Assembly (NCBI RefSeq): GCF_001306055.1
Contig: NZ_LGHJ01000011.1
Coordinates: 120,001-152,000, forward strand
Length of the DNA: 32,000 nt
From: Bellilinea caldifistulae
Lineage (GTDB): Bacteria; Chloroflexota; Anaerolineae; Anaerolineales; Anaerolineaceae
Direction of reading: 5' to 3'
In this document: piece by piece, positions 23,374-30,648 of the stretch
Layout of the letters: each line of letters begins with the position of its first letter
Numbering within the stretch: position 1 is the first letter of the stretch
The notes under the pieces: generated by a model
Told to the model about the DNA's origin: nothing
The model's input: the letters and a program-made list of their open reading frames with translations, nothing else
Databases searched by the model: none
Program-made: the position numbers and the translations under genes

Positions 23374-25575
23374 ATGATCAACCTCGATCACTTGAACGCT
23401 CAACAGCGCGCCGCTGTGACGGCCCCGCTGGGGCAGGTGCTGGTACTGGCCGGGCCGGGCTCCGGTAAAACCCGCGTGCTCACCCAGCGAATTGCCTTTC
23501 TCATCGAAGCGATGGGGGTTAGACCGCACAATATCCTGGCGGTCACCTTTACGAATAAAGCCGCTCGTGAGATGCAGCACCGCCTGCAATCCCTGCTGGG
23601 GGATGCAGCCGAAGGCGTCTGGCTGGGCACGTTTCACGCCAATTGCGCCCGCATTTTGCGGCGCGAGGCGCAGTACCTTTCGTTTGACAACAATTTTGTC
23701 ATCATGGATAGCGACGACCAGCAAGCGCTGGTCAAACGCGCCATTCGGGAACTCAATCTCGACGAAAAACTATACCGTCCCACCAGCATCCATGCGGCCA
23801 TCTCCACCGCCAAGAACAACCTGATCACACCTGCCGATTTTCCAACCCAATCCTATCGGGATGAAATCACCAAACGGATTTACGAGCGCTATCAGTCGCT
23901 GCTGCGCGATTCCAACGCGGTAGATTTTGATGATCTGCTGCTGGAAACCGTGCGCCTGCTGGTGGATAATCCTCAGGTGCGCGAGCGTTACGCCCGCCGT
24001 TTTGAGCATATTTTGGTGGATGAGTTTCAGGATACCAATCTGGTGCAGTACGAATTGCTCAAACTGCTGGCTTCTATTCACGGCAATTTGTTTGTGGTAG
24101 GCGACGAGGATCAATCCATCTACCGCTGGCGCGGAGCAGATTACCGCAATGTGCTGCGCTTTGAAGAGGATTACCCCGCCTGCCAGAAAATTCTGCTGGA
24201 ACAAAACTACCGTTCGACTCAAACCGTGCTGGACGCTGCCCGCGCCGTCATTGACCGCAATAAACACCGTACCCGAAAGCACTTGTTCTCCGAACGGGGC
24301 AGCGGCGAACGGCTGGTACTTTACGAGGCCGTGGATGAACACGCCGAAGCCGCCTTTGTGGTGGACACCATTCAGCAATGGATCAACAGCGGCAAAGCCC
24401 GCGGCAGTGACTTTGCGGTCATGTACCGCACCAATGCCCAGTCCCGCCTGTTGGAAGAGGCCTTTCTGCGGGCTGGCCTGCCCTACCGGCTGGTGGGCGC
24501 CCTGCGTTTCTACGGCCGGCGCGAAGTCAAAGACCTGATCTGCTTCCTGCGACTGGTGCATAACCCGGATGATGAAGTTTCTCTGGCGCGGGTGATCAAC
24601 GTGCCGCCGCGCGGGGTGGGGGAAAAGACCATGGTTGCCCTGCAACTGACTGCCCGCCAGGCGAATATGACCGCCGGACAGTTGTTGATCGAATTGGGGG
24701 AAAAGGGAGAGCAATCCCCGCACTGGGGGCGCTTTAGCGGGCGCAGCATTCTACCCCTGACCGATTTTGGCAGCTTGCTGGCTGGTTGGCGGCGGGCCGT
24801 CGCCGATGGGTTAAGTCTGCCCGGTTTATTCGACCGCATCTTACTGGATACGGCCTATCAGGAATACATTGACGACGGCAGCAATGAAGGCAAAGAACGC
24901 TGGGACAACGTGCAGGAGCTGCGCCGGCTGGCCTATGAGTTCCGCGAGGGTGGCCTGACCGCCTTTCTGGAAAATTTGGCGCTGGTTTCCGATCAGGATA
25001 CCCTGCCGGAGGAAGCCGGCAATGCCGCCACCCTGCTGACCCTGCACGCCGCCAAGGGATTGGAGTTTCGGTTTGTGTTTATCATCGGGCTGGATGAAGG
25101 CTTGTTGCCACACGCCCGCTCCAAAGATGATCCGGAGGAGATGGCTGAAGAACGGCGACTGTTGTACGTCGGCATTACCCGCGCCAAAGACCGCGTCTAT
25201 CTGGTACGCGCTCATCAGCGCAGCCAGTACGGCGGCCCGGAGATTCAGGAACCCTCCCGCTTTCTGGAAGACCTGCCGGAATCGCTGATTCAGCGGCAGG
25301 GGCAGCGAAGACAGCGGGAACGCTGGGAAAGTCCCGAATCACGTGCCCTGCGGACACGTCTCTTTACCCCATCTCACCAGCAAACCTCTGCCGCGCTGGT
25401 GGAACCGCGCTTTCATCCCACCGACCGGGTGCGTCATCCGGTTTGGGGCGAGGGAATTGTGATGGAAAGCCGCATTCAAGACGGCGATGAAACGGTGGAT
25501 GTGTTTTTTGAAAGCGTCGGTTTCAAGCGTCTGGTCGCCTCGCTCGCCAACCTGGAAATTTTACCGAAAAGTTGA
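23374..25575 (+). CDS. uvrD: ATP-dependent DNA helicase, UvrD/PcrA family
   Basis: LNAQQRAAV, Walker A AGPGSGKTRVL, DEFQDTN, VGDEDQSIYRWRGA, YRSTQ, HAAKGLEF, LYVGITRAK, and a C-terminal Tudor-like VRHPVWGEGIV. Start set at the ATG at 23374 rather than the TTG at 23317. Confidence 0.95.
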   Translation: MINLDHLNAQQRAAVTAPLGQVLVLAGPGSGKTRVLTQRIAFLIEAMGVRPHNILAVTFTNKAAREMQHRLQSLLGDAAEGVWLGTFHANCARILRREAQYLSFDNNFVIMDSDDQQALVKRAIRELNLDEKLYRPTSIHAAISTAKNNLITPADFPTQSYRDEITKRIYERYQSLLRDSNAVDFDDLLLETVRLLVDNPQVRERYARRFEHILVDEFQDTNLVQYELLKLLASIHGNLFVVGDEDQSIYRWRGADYRNVLRFEEDYPACQKILLEQNYRSTQTVLDAARAVIDRNKHRTRKHLFSERGSGERLVLYEAVDEHAEAAFVVDTIQQWINSGKARGSDFAVMYRTNAQSRLLEEAFLRAGLPYRLVGALRFYGRREVKDLICFLRLVHNPDDEVSLARVINVPPRGVGEKTMVALQLTARQANMTAGQLLIELGEKGEQSPHWGRFSGRSILPLTDFGSLLAGWRRAVADGLSLPGLFDRILLDTAYQEYIDDGSNEGKERWDNVQELRRLAYEFREGGLTAFLENLALVSDQDTLPEEAGNAATLLTLHAAKGLEFRFVFIIGLDEGLLPHARSKDDPEEMAEERRLLYVGITRAKDRVYLVRAHQRSQYGGPEIQEPSRFLEDLPESLIQRQGQRRQRERWESPESRALRTRLFTPSHQQTSAALVEPRFHPTDRVRHPVWGEGIVMESRIQDGDETVDVFFESVGFKRLVASLANLEILPKS

Positions 25576-27098
25576 ACTTTATCCCCATGAAGCAGAAATC
25601 GGTTTTTGCTTTCTTATATCTTCTTTTTCTACAAATTGGACGAGCATCTTTACAAGTTTTCCTTTTCCAAAAAGGCTTTGTCAGCGTCTCGGCAGATGAG
25701 TTCACTAGAGCTATTCGTGCCTTAAGTTGGTCAAATCATTTTACTTTTAATTTTTCAAAAGACTTCACAGATGTTTGGTTACCATTTGAGAAATATATAA
25801 ACGGTTTTGCCTTCAGTATCTATCCCGAAGCAATTATTACCCCCCGTGTGACTGTATTCTTTTTTTCTTGTCTTGCCACAGTCGGGTTATTTTTCCTCTT
25901 AAAGATATCTTTTGATAGTTATCCAATTGCGATTTTGGGAACTTTATTGATCAGTTTTCAGCCCTGGTTTGTGTGGTTGAGTGGAACACCAATGCTTGAA
26001 ATGTATTATTTTCCGTTTTTATTTTCTGGTATTGCTCTTGTCGTTTGTTGGTTGAAGTACGAGAAAAATAAATATGCTTATCTCGCAGGTCTTTGCTTCC
26101 TGATCACTAGCGGATTTCACATTCAAAGCTGGATCTTTATTAATATAGTCAATTTAGTCATCTTAATAGTTTTACTCACAAAGATAAGAAACATCTCTAA
26201 AAAGGTACTTTTACCTTATTTTGGATTATTTGTAATCAGCAATCTTTTGATTGGCTTAATCTGGTTAAACGGCCTGGTTCAGACTGGAGAAATTCTTGCT
26301 CCTTTCCGGTATCATGTAGGTTATTCTACTTGGTATTATGGTTATGATCAGGTGCCTTGGATAGAGAAATTCTTATACTATCCCAGACTGGTTTGGAATG
26401 CATTACCAGTCAGTTTATGGATTTCTGTAGTTGCAGGAATAATTATTGAGCTCAAAAATCGCAAACGCTGGAATTTTATTCCCCTTGTCATTGGAATATC
26501 AACCTTGTTATTTAACAGCATTATCAACATCTTTTCAGTGCCAGCCAGCGCTGCCCCAGAGCGTTTTTCTTTGTTCTATACTACCCTGTTTTTACCATAC
26601 AGCATAGCAGGAATTGTTGATCTGGCTAAAACCACAGAAAACCTGAAAGGCAAGAAGCATGTTCGGGTATTTGGATCAATGCTATTGATTTTGCCGCTTA
26701 TAATTGGTGTTTGGCAAAACACATCCAAAATCTTTCAATTTCCTGTGGGAATGGCAGAAGATACAATTCGCACAGGTTATTTTTTAAAGCGAATGATCAA
26801 CACAACTTCACCTCAAGGTAAAATTTTGCTTGAGCTCAAATATTGGGACTTTCAAGCGATCAAAGCATTGACCGGCCGCGAAGACCTTATTCTCTATGAC
26901 CGAAAATTAGATGTCTATAATCGCCAATTACCGTCTGTTTTGACCGATCCTTCCATTTCCATTTGCAATTACTTGCAAAGTAAGGATATCAAATGGTTAG
27001 TGATACAGAATGAAACCCTAAAAACGATTGCTGGTCAGCAATTTTGCTTAAGTCTGCGTAAGGATATTGGTCGCTGGAAAGTATTTGAAGTTAAATAG
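25576..27098. other. Compositionally anomalous low-GC island (roughly mid-30s % GC by eye, against over 60% in the flanks)
   Basis: The composition switches abruptly right after the uvrD stop (25573-25575) and again at 27098/27099 (..gaagttaaatag|gcgcgagccac..). One gene occupies the whole island. No integrase or transposase is present. Confidence 0.75.
25587..27098 (+). CDS. Polytopic membrane protein, GT-C-fold glycosyltransferase-like (ArnT/PMT-type)
   Basis: About 11-13 TM helices. The first extracytoplasmic loop carries VSADEFTRAIRAL, a DE motif as in GT-C enzymes. A soluble C-terminal domain follows. Codon usage is AT-rich and unlike the neighbours. Confidence 0.65.
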   Translation: MKQKSVFAFLYLLFLQIGRASLQVFLFQKGFVSVSADEFTRAIRALSWSNHFTFNFSKDFTDVWLPFEKYINGFAFSIYPEAIITPRVTVFFFSCLATVGLFFLLKISFDSYPIAILGTLLISFQPWFVWLSGTPMLEMYYFPFLFSGIALVVCWLKYEKNKYAYLAGLCFLITSGFHIQSWIFINIVNLVILIVLLTKIRNISKKVLLPYFGLFVISNLLIGLIWLNGLVQTGEILAPFRYHVGYSTWYYGYDQVPWIEKFLYYPRLVWNALPVSLWISVVAGIIIELKNRKRWNFIPLVIGISTLLFNSIINIFSVPASAAPERFSLFYTTLFLPYSIAGIVDLAKTTENLKGKKHVRVFGSMLLILPLIIGVWQNTSKIFQFPVGMAEDTIRTGYFLKRMINTTSPQGKILLELKYWDFQAIKALTGREDLILYDRKLDVYNRQLPSVLTDPSISICNYLQSKDIKWLVIQNETLKTIAGQQFCLSLRKDIGRWKVFEVK

Positions 27099-27575
27099 GC
27101 GCGAGCCACAATCCCGGCTGCTGAATACCGCCCAGCCGTTCAGCTGCTCAATCAGCTGCATTGCCAGCAGGTCAAAGGCCGCACAACCCATGTAAACCGC
27201 AAACACATCGGAGGGGGAGCGGTTGGCCAGCACCCAGCCGGTCAGGGCGCGCCGCATCGCAGGAGGATCGTACGCGCTGAGTTGAAGGTGATTTCCCAGC
27301 CGGTCAGGGTCTTCGTCCGGCTCGTGAAACACGGAGCCGTGCCGTCCGGCCAGCAGCACCCCGTCGAGTGGTAAGGCGGCGCGCAGTTCATCCAGCGGCG
27401 GCGCGCCGATCAGCACCGGCAACACGCCGGGCAGGTCGAACAACCGCTTCAATGATTGAACGTGGCTCTCATCCAGCGGCGCAACGGCTTCGTAACTCAC
27501 AAACAGACGCGTGACCGGTTCAACGGACAAACGTTCAAGCAGTGAAGGATGATTCAGAATATCCATGAAGGCCAT
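27048..27575 (-). CDS. Hypothetical protein, possibly a decayed HAD-IIB (trehalose-phosphatase-like) remnant whose 3' end runs into the low-GC island
   Basis: LFVSYEAVAPL aligns by eye with the OtsB motif LFLDYDGTLAP with the catalytic Asp residues replaced. LAGRHGSVF resembles aeHG, and VYMGCAAFDLLAM resembles yiGDDxTDEdaF, again degenerate. The last 16 codons are antisense to the AT-rich gene. Confidence 0.4.
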   Translation of the reverse strand: MAFMDILNHPSLLERLSVEPVTRLFVSYEAVAPLDESHVQSLKRLFDLPGVLPVLIGAPPLDELRAALPLDGVLLAGRHGSVFHEPDEDPDRLGNHLQLSAYDPPAMRRALTGWVLANRSPSDVFAVYMGCAAFDLLAMQLIEQLNGWAVFSSRDCGSRLFNFKYFPATNILTQT

Positions 27576-27600
27576 CAGAAATCGGACTAAATTTGTCCTG

Positions 27601-27609
27601 ATTTTACCA
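27601..27609 (-). promoter_or_regulatory. Candidate extended -10 promoter (TGGTAAAAT) for ORF 27048-27575
   Basis: The reverse complement of 27601-27609 reads TGGTAAAAT, 26 nt upstream of the ATG at 27575. Confidence 0.3.
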
Positions 27610-27621
27610 GAGAATATTTGA

Positions 27622-27822
27622 TATGTAATCTCAAATGAGAACCGCCAATGCCTGGATGAGTACAGGGAATTTCGAAATGTGGTTAGAAATGTTTATGCTT
27701 TCAACCTTTGCCCGGCCATACTTCAATTCCTTACTCAAGGTCTGGCAAAATGTTTTGGAAGCGTGAAAAACGATCTTTCCAATTTCATTGACTTTTTGGA
27801 ATGCATGAATGAAACGGTTTAG
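27622..27822 (+). pseudogene. Remnant of a HEPN/HepT-like (DUF86-type) toxin gene, C-terminal fragment
   Basis: A 66-codon open frame with no start codon lies in a second AT-rich patch: ...CLDEYREFRNVVRNVYAFNLCPAILQFLTQGL.... This resembles the HepT R-x4-H-x-Y region, but Asn replaces the His. Confidence 0.35.
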
Positions 27823-27840
27823 TCCAAAGAACGATTGATT

Positions 27841-29496
27841 TCACAACATCGGCTTCAGATCCACCACCCGTATTTGCGTGCCTTCCACCCGCCAGTATTG
27901 GGTGGCAAACGATTGCAAAAAGTAACGGTCATGCACAACCGCCAGAATCGTCCCGCGGTAGTTCTGCAAGGCCTGTTCAAAGCGGGTACGCGCCGGAATA
28001 TCCAGATGATTGATGGGTTCATCCAGCAGCAGCAAATTGCAGCCCTGTGCCACCAGACTGGCCAGCATCAGCCTGGCTCGTTCACCAAACGAAAGCACAC
28101 CCACGGGCGTGAACACCTCATCGCCTTTGAACAGAAACTGAGAGAGGAACGAGCGTGTCGCCGTTTCGTTCCAACCACCTGATTCCTGGACAATCTGCAA
28201 GGCGTTCTTATCCGGCGGTAAGGTCTCCTGTTCCTGAGCCATATACCCAACCCGCACTTGACTGCCAAGGCGGATTCTCCCCTTCACCGGCGGGATCAAG
28301 CCAAGGATCGTGCGAAGCAGGGTCGTCTTCCCGCATCCGTTTGGGCCGAGCAGGGCAGTTCGGCTGCCATAGCGCAGGACTAAGTTGAGATCGCTCAGTA
28401 ATGGCTGATTTTCATATCCGACAGCCAGGTTTTCCAAAACCAGCACATCCCGTCCGCTTTCCGGCAGGCTGCCAAATTCAATTTTCATCTCCCAGCTGCG
28501 CGCCGGCTTTTCGATTCGTTCCTCGGTGAGCAAGCGTTCCACTCGTTTTTCGATATTTTTGGCTTTCTGCACGGTTTCTTTGGCACGGTTGGCAAAAAAG
28601 CCGGCGCTGAATCCGTCGGTATTGGCAGGGTCGGCTTTTCCACCTTTATGAAAACGAGCCCGTGAGCGAACCTGAGAAGCGGCTGCCCGCAGGCGGGCAA
28701 TCTCAGCCTGCTGATCCTGAAAGGCTTGCCACTGCCGTTGTCTCTCGGCTTCCACCGCTTCCAGATAGTCCGTGTAATTACCCGCGTACAGCCGGGCAGT
28801 ATGGGTAATTGCATCAATCGCCAGAATGCGTGTGGCAACCCGGTCAAGGAAGGTGCGGTCATGAGAAACAATCAACCCAGCGCCATTGAAATCCAGCAAC
28901 CACTCTTCAAGCCACTCCAGCATTTCGACATCCAGGTGATTGGTCGGCTCATCCAGCAGCAGCAATTGCGGGCGGTGGATGAGCAAACCCGCCAGCGCCA
29001 GACGTGTCTTTTGTCCGCCGCTCAATGCGCTCACCGGCAACTCAGGCGGCAGGTGATCTAAACCCAGCCGTGCCAGCACACGCGGCGTTTCTCCAGCCGA
29101 TTGGGCAGCGATCTCAATTTGAACCAGCAGCCCATCGTATTCCGCCTGCAATTCAGCCGGGCAATTTGGGTTCATCAATGCCCCGGCCACTTCCCCCAGC
29201 CGCCTCGTCAGGATAGAAAGGTCTCCCTGCAGGCGATTCAGATAACTTTGCAGGGTGTCCTGAGGCAAAAAGCGAACGCTTTGCGGTAAATAGCCGACCT
29301 TAAGCGAGGATGGAATCAAACGGATTACACCCCGATCCGCCTTTTCCTCACCGGCTATAAGACGCAGCAGAGTGGTTTTTCCACTCCCATTGGCTCCGAT
29401 CAATCCCATCCGCTCGCCGGGGTTGAGGTTGAACGAAACATCCTGAAGGATGACTTCAATTCCGTAAGATTTGGTTAGATTTTGAACACTAAGCAT
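27841..29496 (-). CDS. ABC-F family ATPase (tandem ABC domains, no TM domain); translation factor or possible antibiotic-resistance (ARE) type
   Basis: Walker A GANGSGKT and GPNGCGKT, signatures LSGGQK and LSFGER, Walker B LLLLDEPTNHLD and LLLLDEPINHLD. A roughly 90-aa helical, basic inter-domain linker is present (QRQWQAFQDQQAEIARLRAAASQVRSRARFHKGGK...). Confidence 0.9.
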   Translation of the reverse strand: MLSVQNLTKSYGIEVILQDVSFNLNPGERMGLIGANGSGKTTLLRLIAGEEKADRGVIRLIPSSLKVGYLPQSVRFLPQDTLQSYLNRLQGDLSILTRRLGEVAGALMNPNCPAELQAEYDGLLVQIEIAAQSAGETPRVLARLGLDHLPPELPVSALSGGQKTRLALAGLLIHRPQLLLLDEPTNHLDVEMLEWLEEWLLDFNGAGLIVSHDRTFLDRVATRILAIDAITHTARLYAGNYTDYLEAVEAERQRQWQAFQDQQAEIARLRAAASQVRSRARFHKGGKADPANTDGFSAGFFANRAKETVQKAKNIEKRVERLLTEERIEKPARSWEMKIEFGSLPESGRDVLVLENLAVGYENQPLLSDLNLVLRYGSRTALLGPNGCGKTTLLRTILGLIPPVKGRIRLGSQVRVGYMAQEQETLPPDKNALQIVQESGGWNETATRSFLSQFLFKGDEVFTPVGVLSFGERARLMLASLVAQGCNLLLLDEPINHLDIPARTRFEQALQNYRGTILAVVHDRYFLQSFATQYWRVEGTQIRVVDLKPML

Positions 29497-29498
29497 CT

Positions 29499-29609
29499 CA
29501 GTAACCTGTCAATTTAATACAAAAATCCGAAGGCAGAAGCCTTCGGACGAAAACGCGACCATGCGCGCGCCGGGCGCTGCCACAAAACACCGCTGTTTAC
29601 AGGTTACTG
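29499..29609 (-). promoter_or_regulatory. 11-nt perfect long-range inverted repeat that pairs the uORF 3' half with the ABC-F ribosome-binding region
   Basis: RNA CAGUAACCUGU (29609-29599, uORF codons 3-6 plus the stop) is the exact complement of ACAGGUUACUG (29509-29499, positions -13 to -3 of the ABC-F AUG, including its only AGGU SD-like element). The repeat brackets the terminator. Confidence 0.6.
29516..29547 (-). terminator. Rho-independent terminator (9-bp perfect stem, UUCU loop, U-tract) 30 nt upstream of the ABC-F start codon
   Basis: The minus-strand RNA reads UCCGAAGGC-UUCU-GCCUUCGGA followed by UUUUUGUAUU. There is no U-tract in the plus-strand orientation. Confidence 0.75.
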
Positions 29610-29617
29610 CGAATCAT
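29597..29617 (-). CDS. Candidate 6-codon leader peptide (MIRSNL) upstream of the ABC-F gene
   Basis: AAGGAAGGTGAG, then ATG ATT CGC AGT AAC CTG TAA. It lies between the candidate promoter and the terminator. Confidence 0.4.
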   Translation of the reverse strand: MIRSNL

Positions 29618-29647
29618 CTCACCTTCCTTGTTCAAATACCTGCCGTC

Positions 29648-29656
29648 AGTATACCA
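29648..29656 (-). promoter_or_regulatory. Candidate extended -10 promoter (TGGTATACT, context TTGTGGTATACT) for the ABC-F leader
   Basis: The reverse complement of 29648-29656 reads TGGTATACT. It lies 19 nt after the OsmC stop and about 30 nt upstream of the uORF ATG. Confidence 0.45.
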
Positions 29657-29674
29657 CAAATTGCGTTTGCGGAT

Positions 29675-30082
29675 TTATTTTTCGACAATTTCGTACGAGT
29701 AGGTAATTTCTGCCACACCCCGCACGGTGTTGGATACCGAACAATATTTCTCTTCCGAGAGGTGAATGGCTTGCTCGACGGCTTGCGGCGTCAGCCCCTG
29801 GCCACCCAAACGATATAACAGGTGAATCTTGCGAAAAGTCCACGGCGGGTCGCTATCCTGCACGGCTTCGGCTTTGATTTCCAAAAAGGTCAATTCGATG
29901 CGTTTTTTTTGGAGGATATTGACCACATCCACGGCTGTGCAGGCTGAAAGTGCCACCAGCAGCATCTCGGATGGCTTCATCCCCACCCCTTCATCCGGTG
30001 TAGAAAGCACAACCGAGTGATGGGTCGAATCAATTCCCACAAAACGTTGTCCGCCTATCCATTGCACCGATGCAGATGCCAT
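29675..30082 (-). CDS. OsmC/Ohr family peroxiredoxin-like protein
   Basis: About 135 aa with the two conserved Cys contexts LSACTAVDV and EEKYCSVSNT. GGAGGAG SD. Lies 27 nt after the HIT gene. Confidence 0.85.
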   Translation of the reverse strand: MASASVQWIGGQRFVGIDSTHHSVVLSTPDEGVGMKPSEMLLVALSACTAVDVVNILQKKRIELTFLEIKAEAVQDSDPPWTFRKIHLLYRLGGQGLTPQAVEQAIHLSEEKYCSVSNTVRGVAEITYSYEIVEK

Positions 30083-30109
30083 TGAAAAACTCCTCCATCC
30101 GTTCTGAAA

Positions 30110-30604
30110 TTACTTTTCGAACAAAGCCGCCCAGCCTTCGCGGATGCGGCGGAAACTATCTTCCAACGCCTCCGGCAGAACGCGCGTGCCGGCTAAGGTG
30201 GACATGAAATTGGTATCTCCTGCCCAGCGCGGCACAATGTGAAAGTGAAAATGCTCGGCAATGCCTGCCCCAGCCACGCTGCCGATGTTCGCCCCCACAT
30301 TGAATCCTTCCGGCTTATAGACATTTTGCAGCACCAGCAGACCACGGTTAAGCAACTCGATGATCTCCGATCGGGTTGCCTCATCCAGTTGGGACAGACT
30401 GGGTTGATGATCGTACGGCACAACCATGATATGCCCGCTGGTGTAGGGAAAGCGATTGAGAATCACGTAGGCGCGTTCACCTCGCGCAATGATCAGGTTT
30501 TCGTGTCCGTCTTCCTGATGCGGCGCCGCGCAGAAAACACACTGGCTGCTTTTTTCATTGCCCTGAATGTATTTCATTCGCCACGGTGACCAGAGGTGAT
30601 CCAT
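30110..30604 (-). CDS. HIT family protein (Ap4A phosphorylase/nucleotidyl transferase-like)
   Basis: Histidine triad HFHFHIVPRW and the N-terminal LWSPWRMKYI typical of the GalT-like HIT branch. Confidence 0.85.
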   Translation of the reverse strand: MDHLWSPWRMKYIQGNEKSSQCVFCAAPHQEDGHENLIIARGERAYVILNRFPYTSGHIMVVPYDHQPSLSQLDEATRSEIIELLNRGLLVLQNVYKPEGFNVGANIGSVAGAGIAEHFHFHIVPRWAGDTNFMSTLAGTRVLPEALEDSFRRIREGWAALFEK

Positions 30605-30610
30605 GCGCCG

Positions 30611-30619
30611 ATTGTATCA
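30611..30619 (-). promoter_or_regulatory. Candidate extended -10 promoter (TGATACAAT, context TGTGATACAAT) giving a leaderless HIT-OsmC transcript
   Basis: The reverse complement of 30611-30621 reads TGTGATACAAT. Exactly 6 nt separate it from the ATG at 30604, and there is no SD. Confidence 0.45.
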
Positions 30620-30648
30620 CAGCCAGCGGGAAGATTTCCAGTTGTTTT

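Noticed and set aside
25593-27585. A 10-bp direct repeat, CAGAAATCGG, at 25593-25602 and 27576-27585, plus ATTTTACC at 25557-25564 and 27601-27608, as possible att or target-site duplications of the island.
   Set aside because: Exact 10-mers recur by chance hundreds of times among all position pairs in a 32 kb window. The repeats bracket both AT-rich and host-like GC-rich DNA, and the two motifs are in opposite order at the two ends. They are worth a glance only if comparative data define the empty site.
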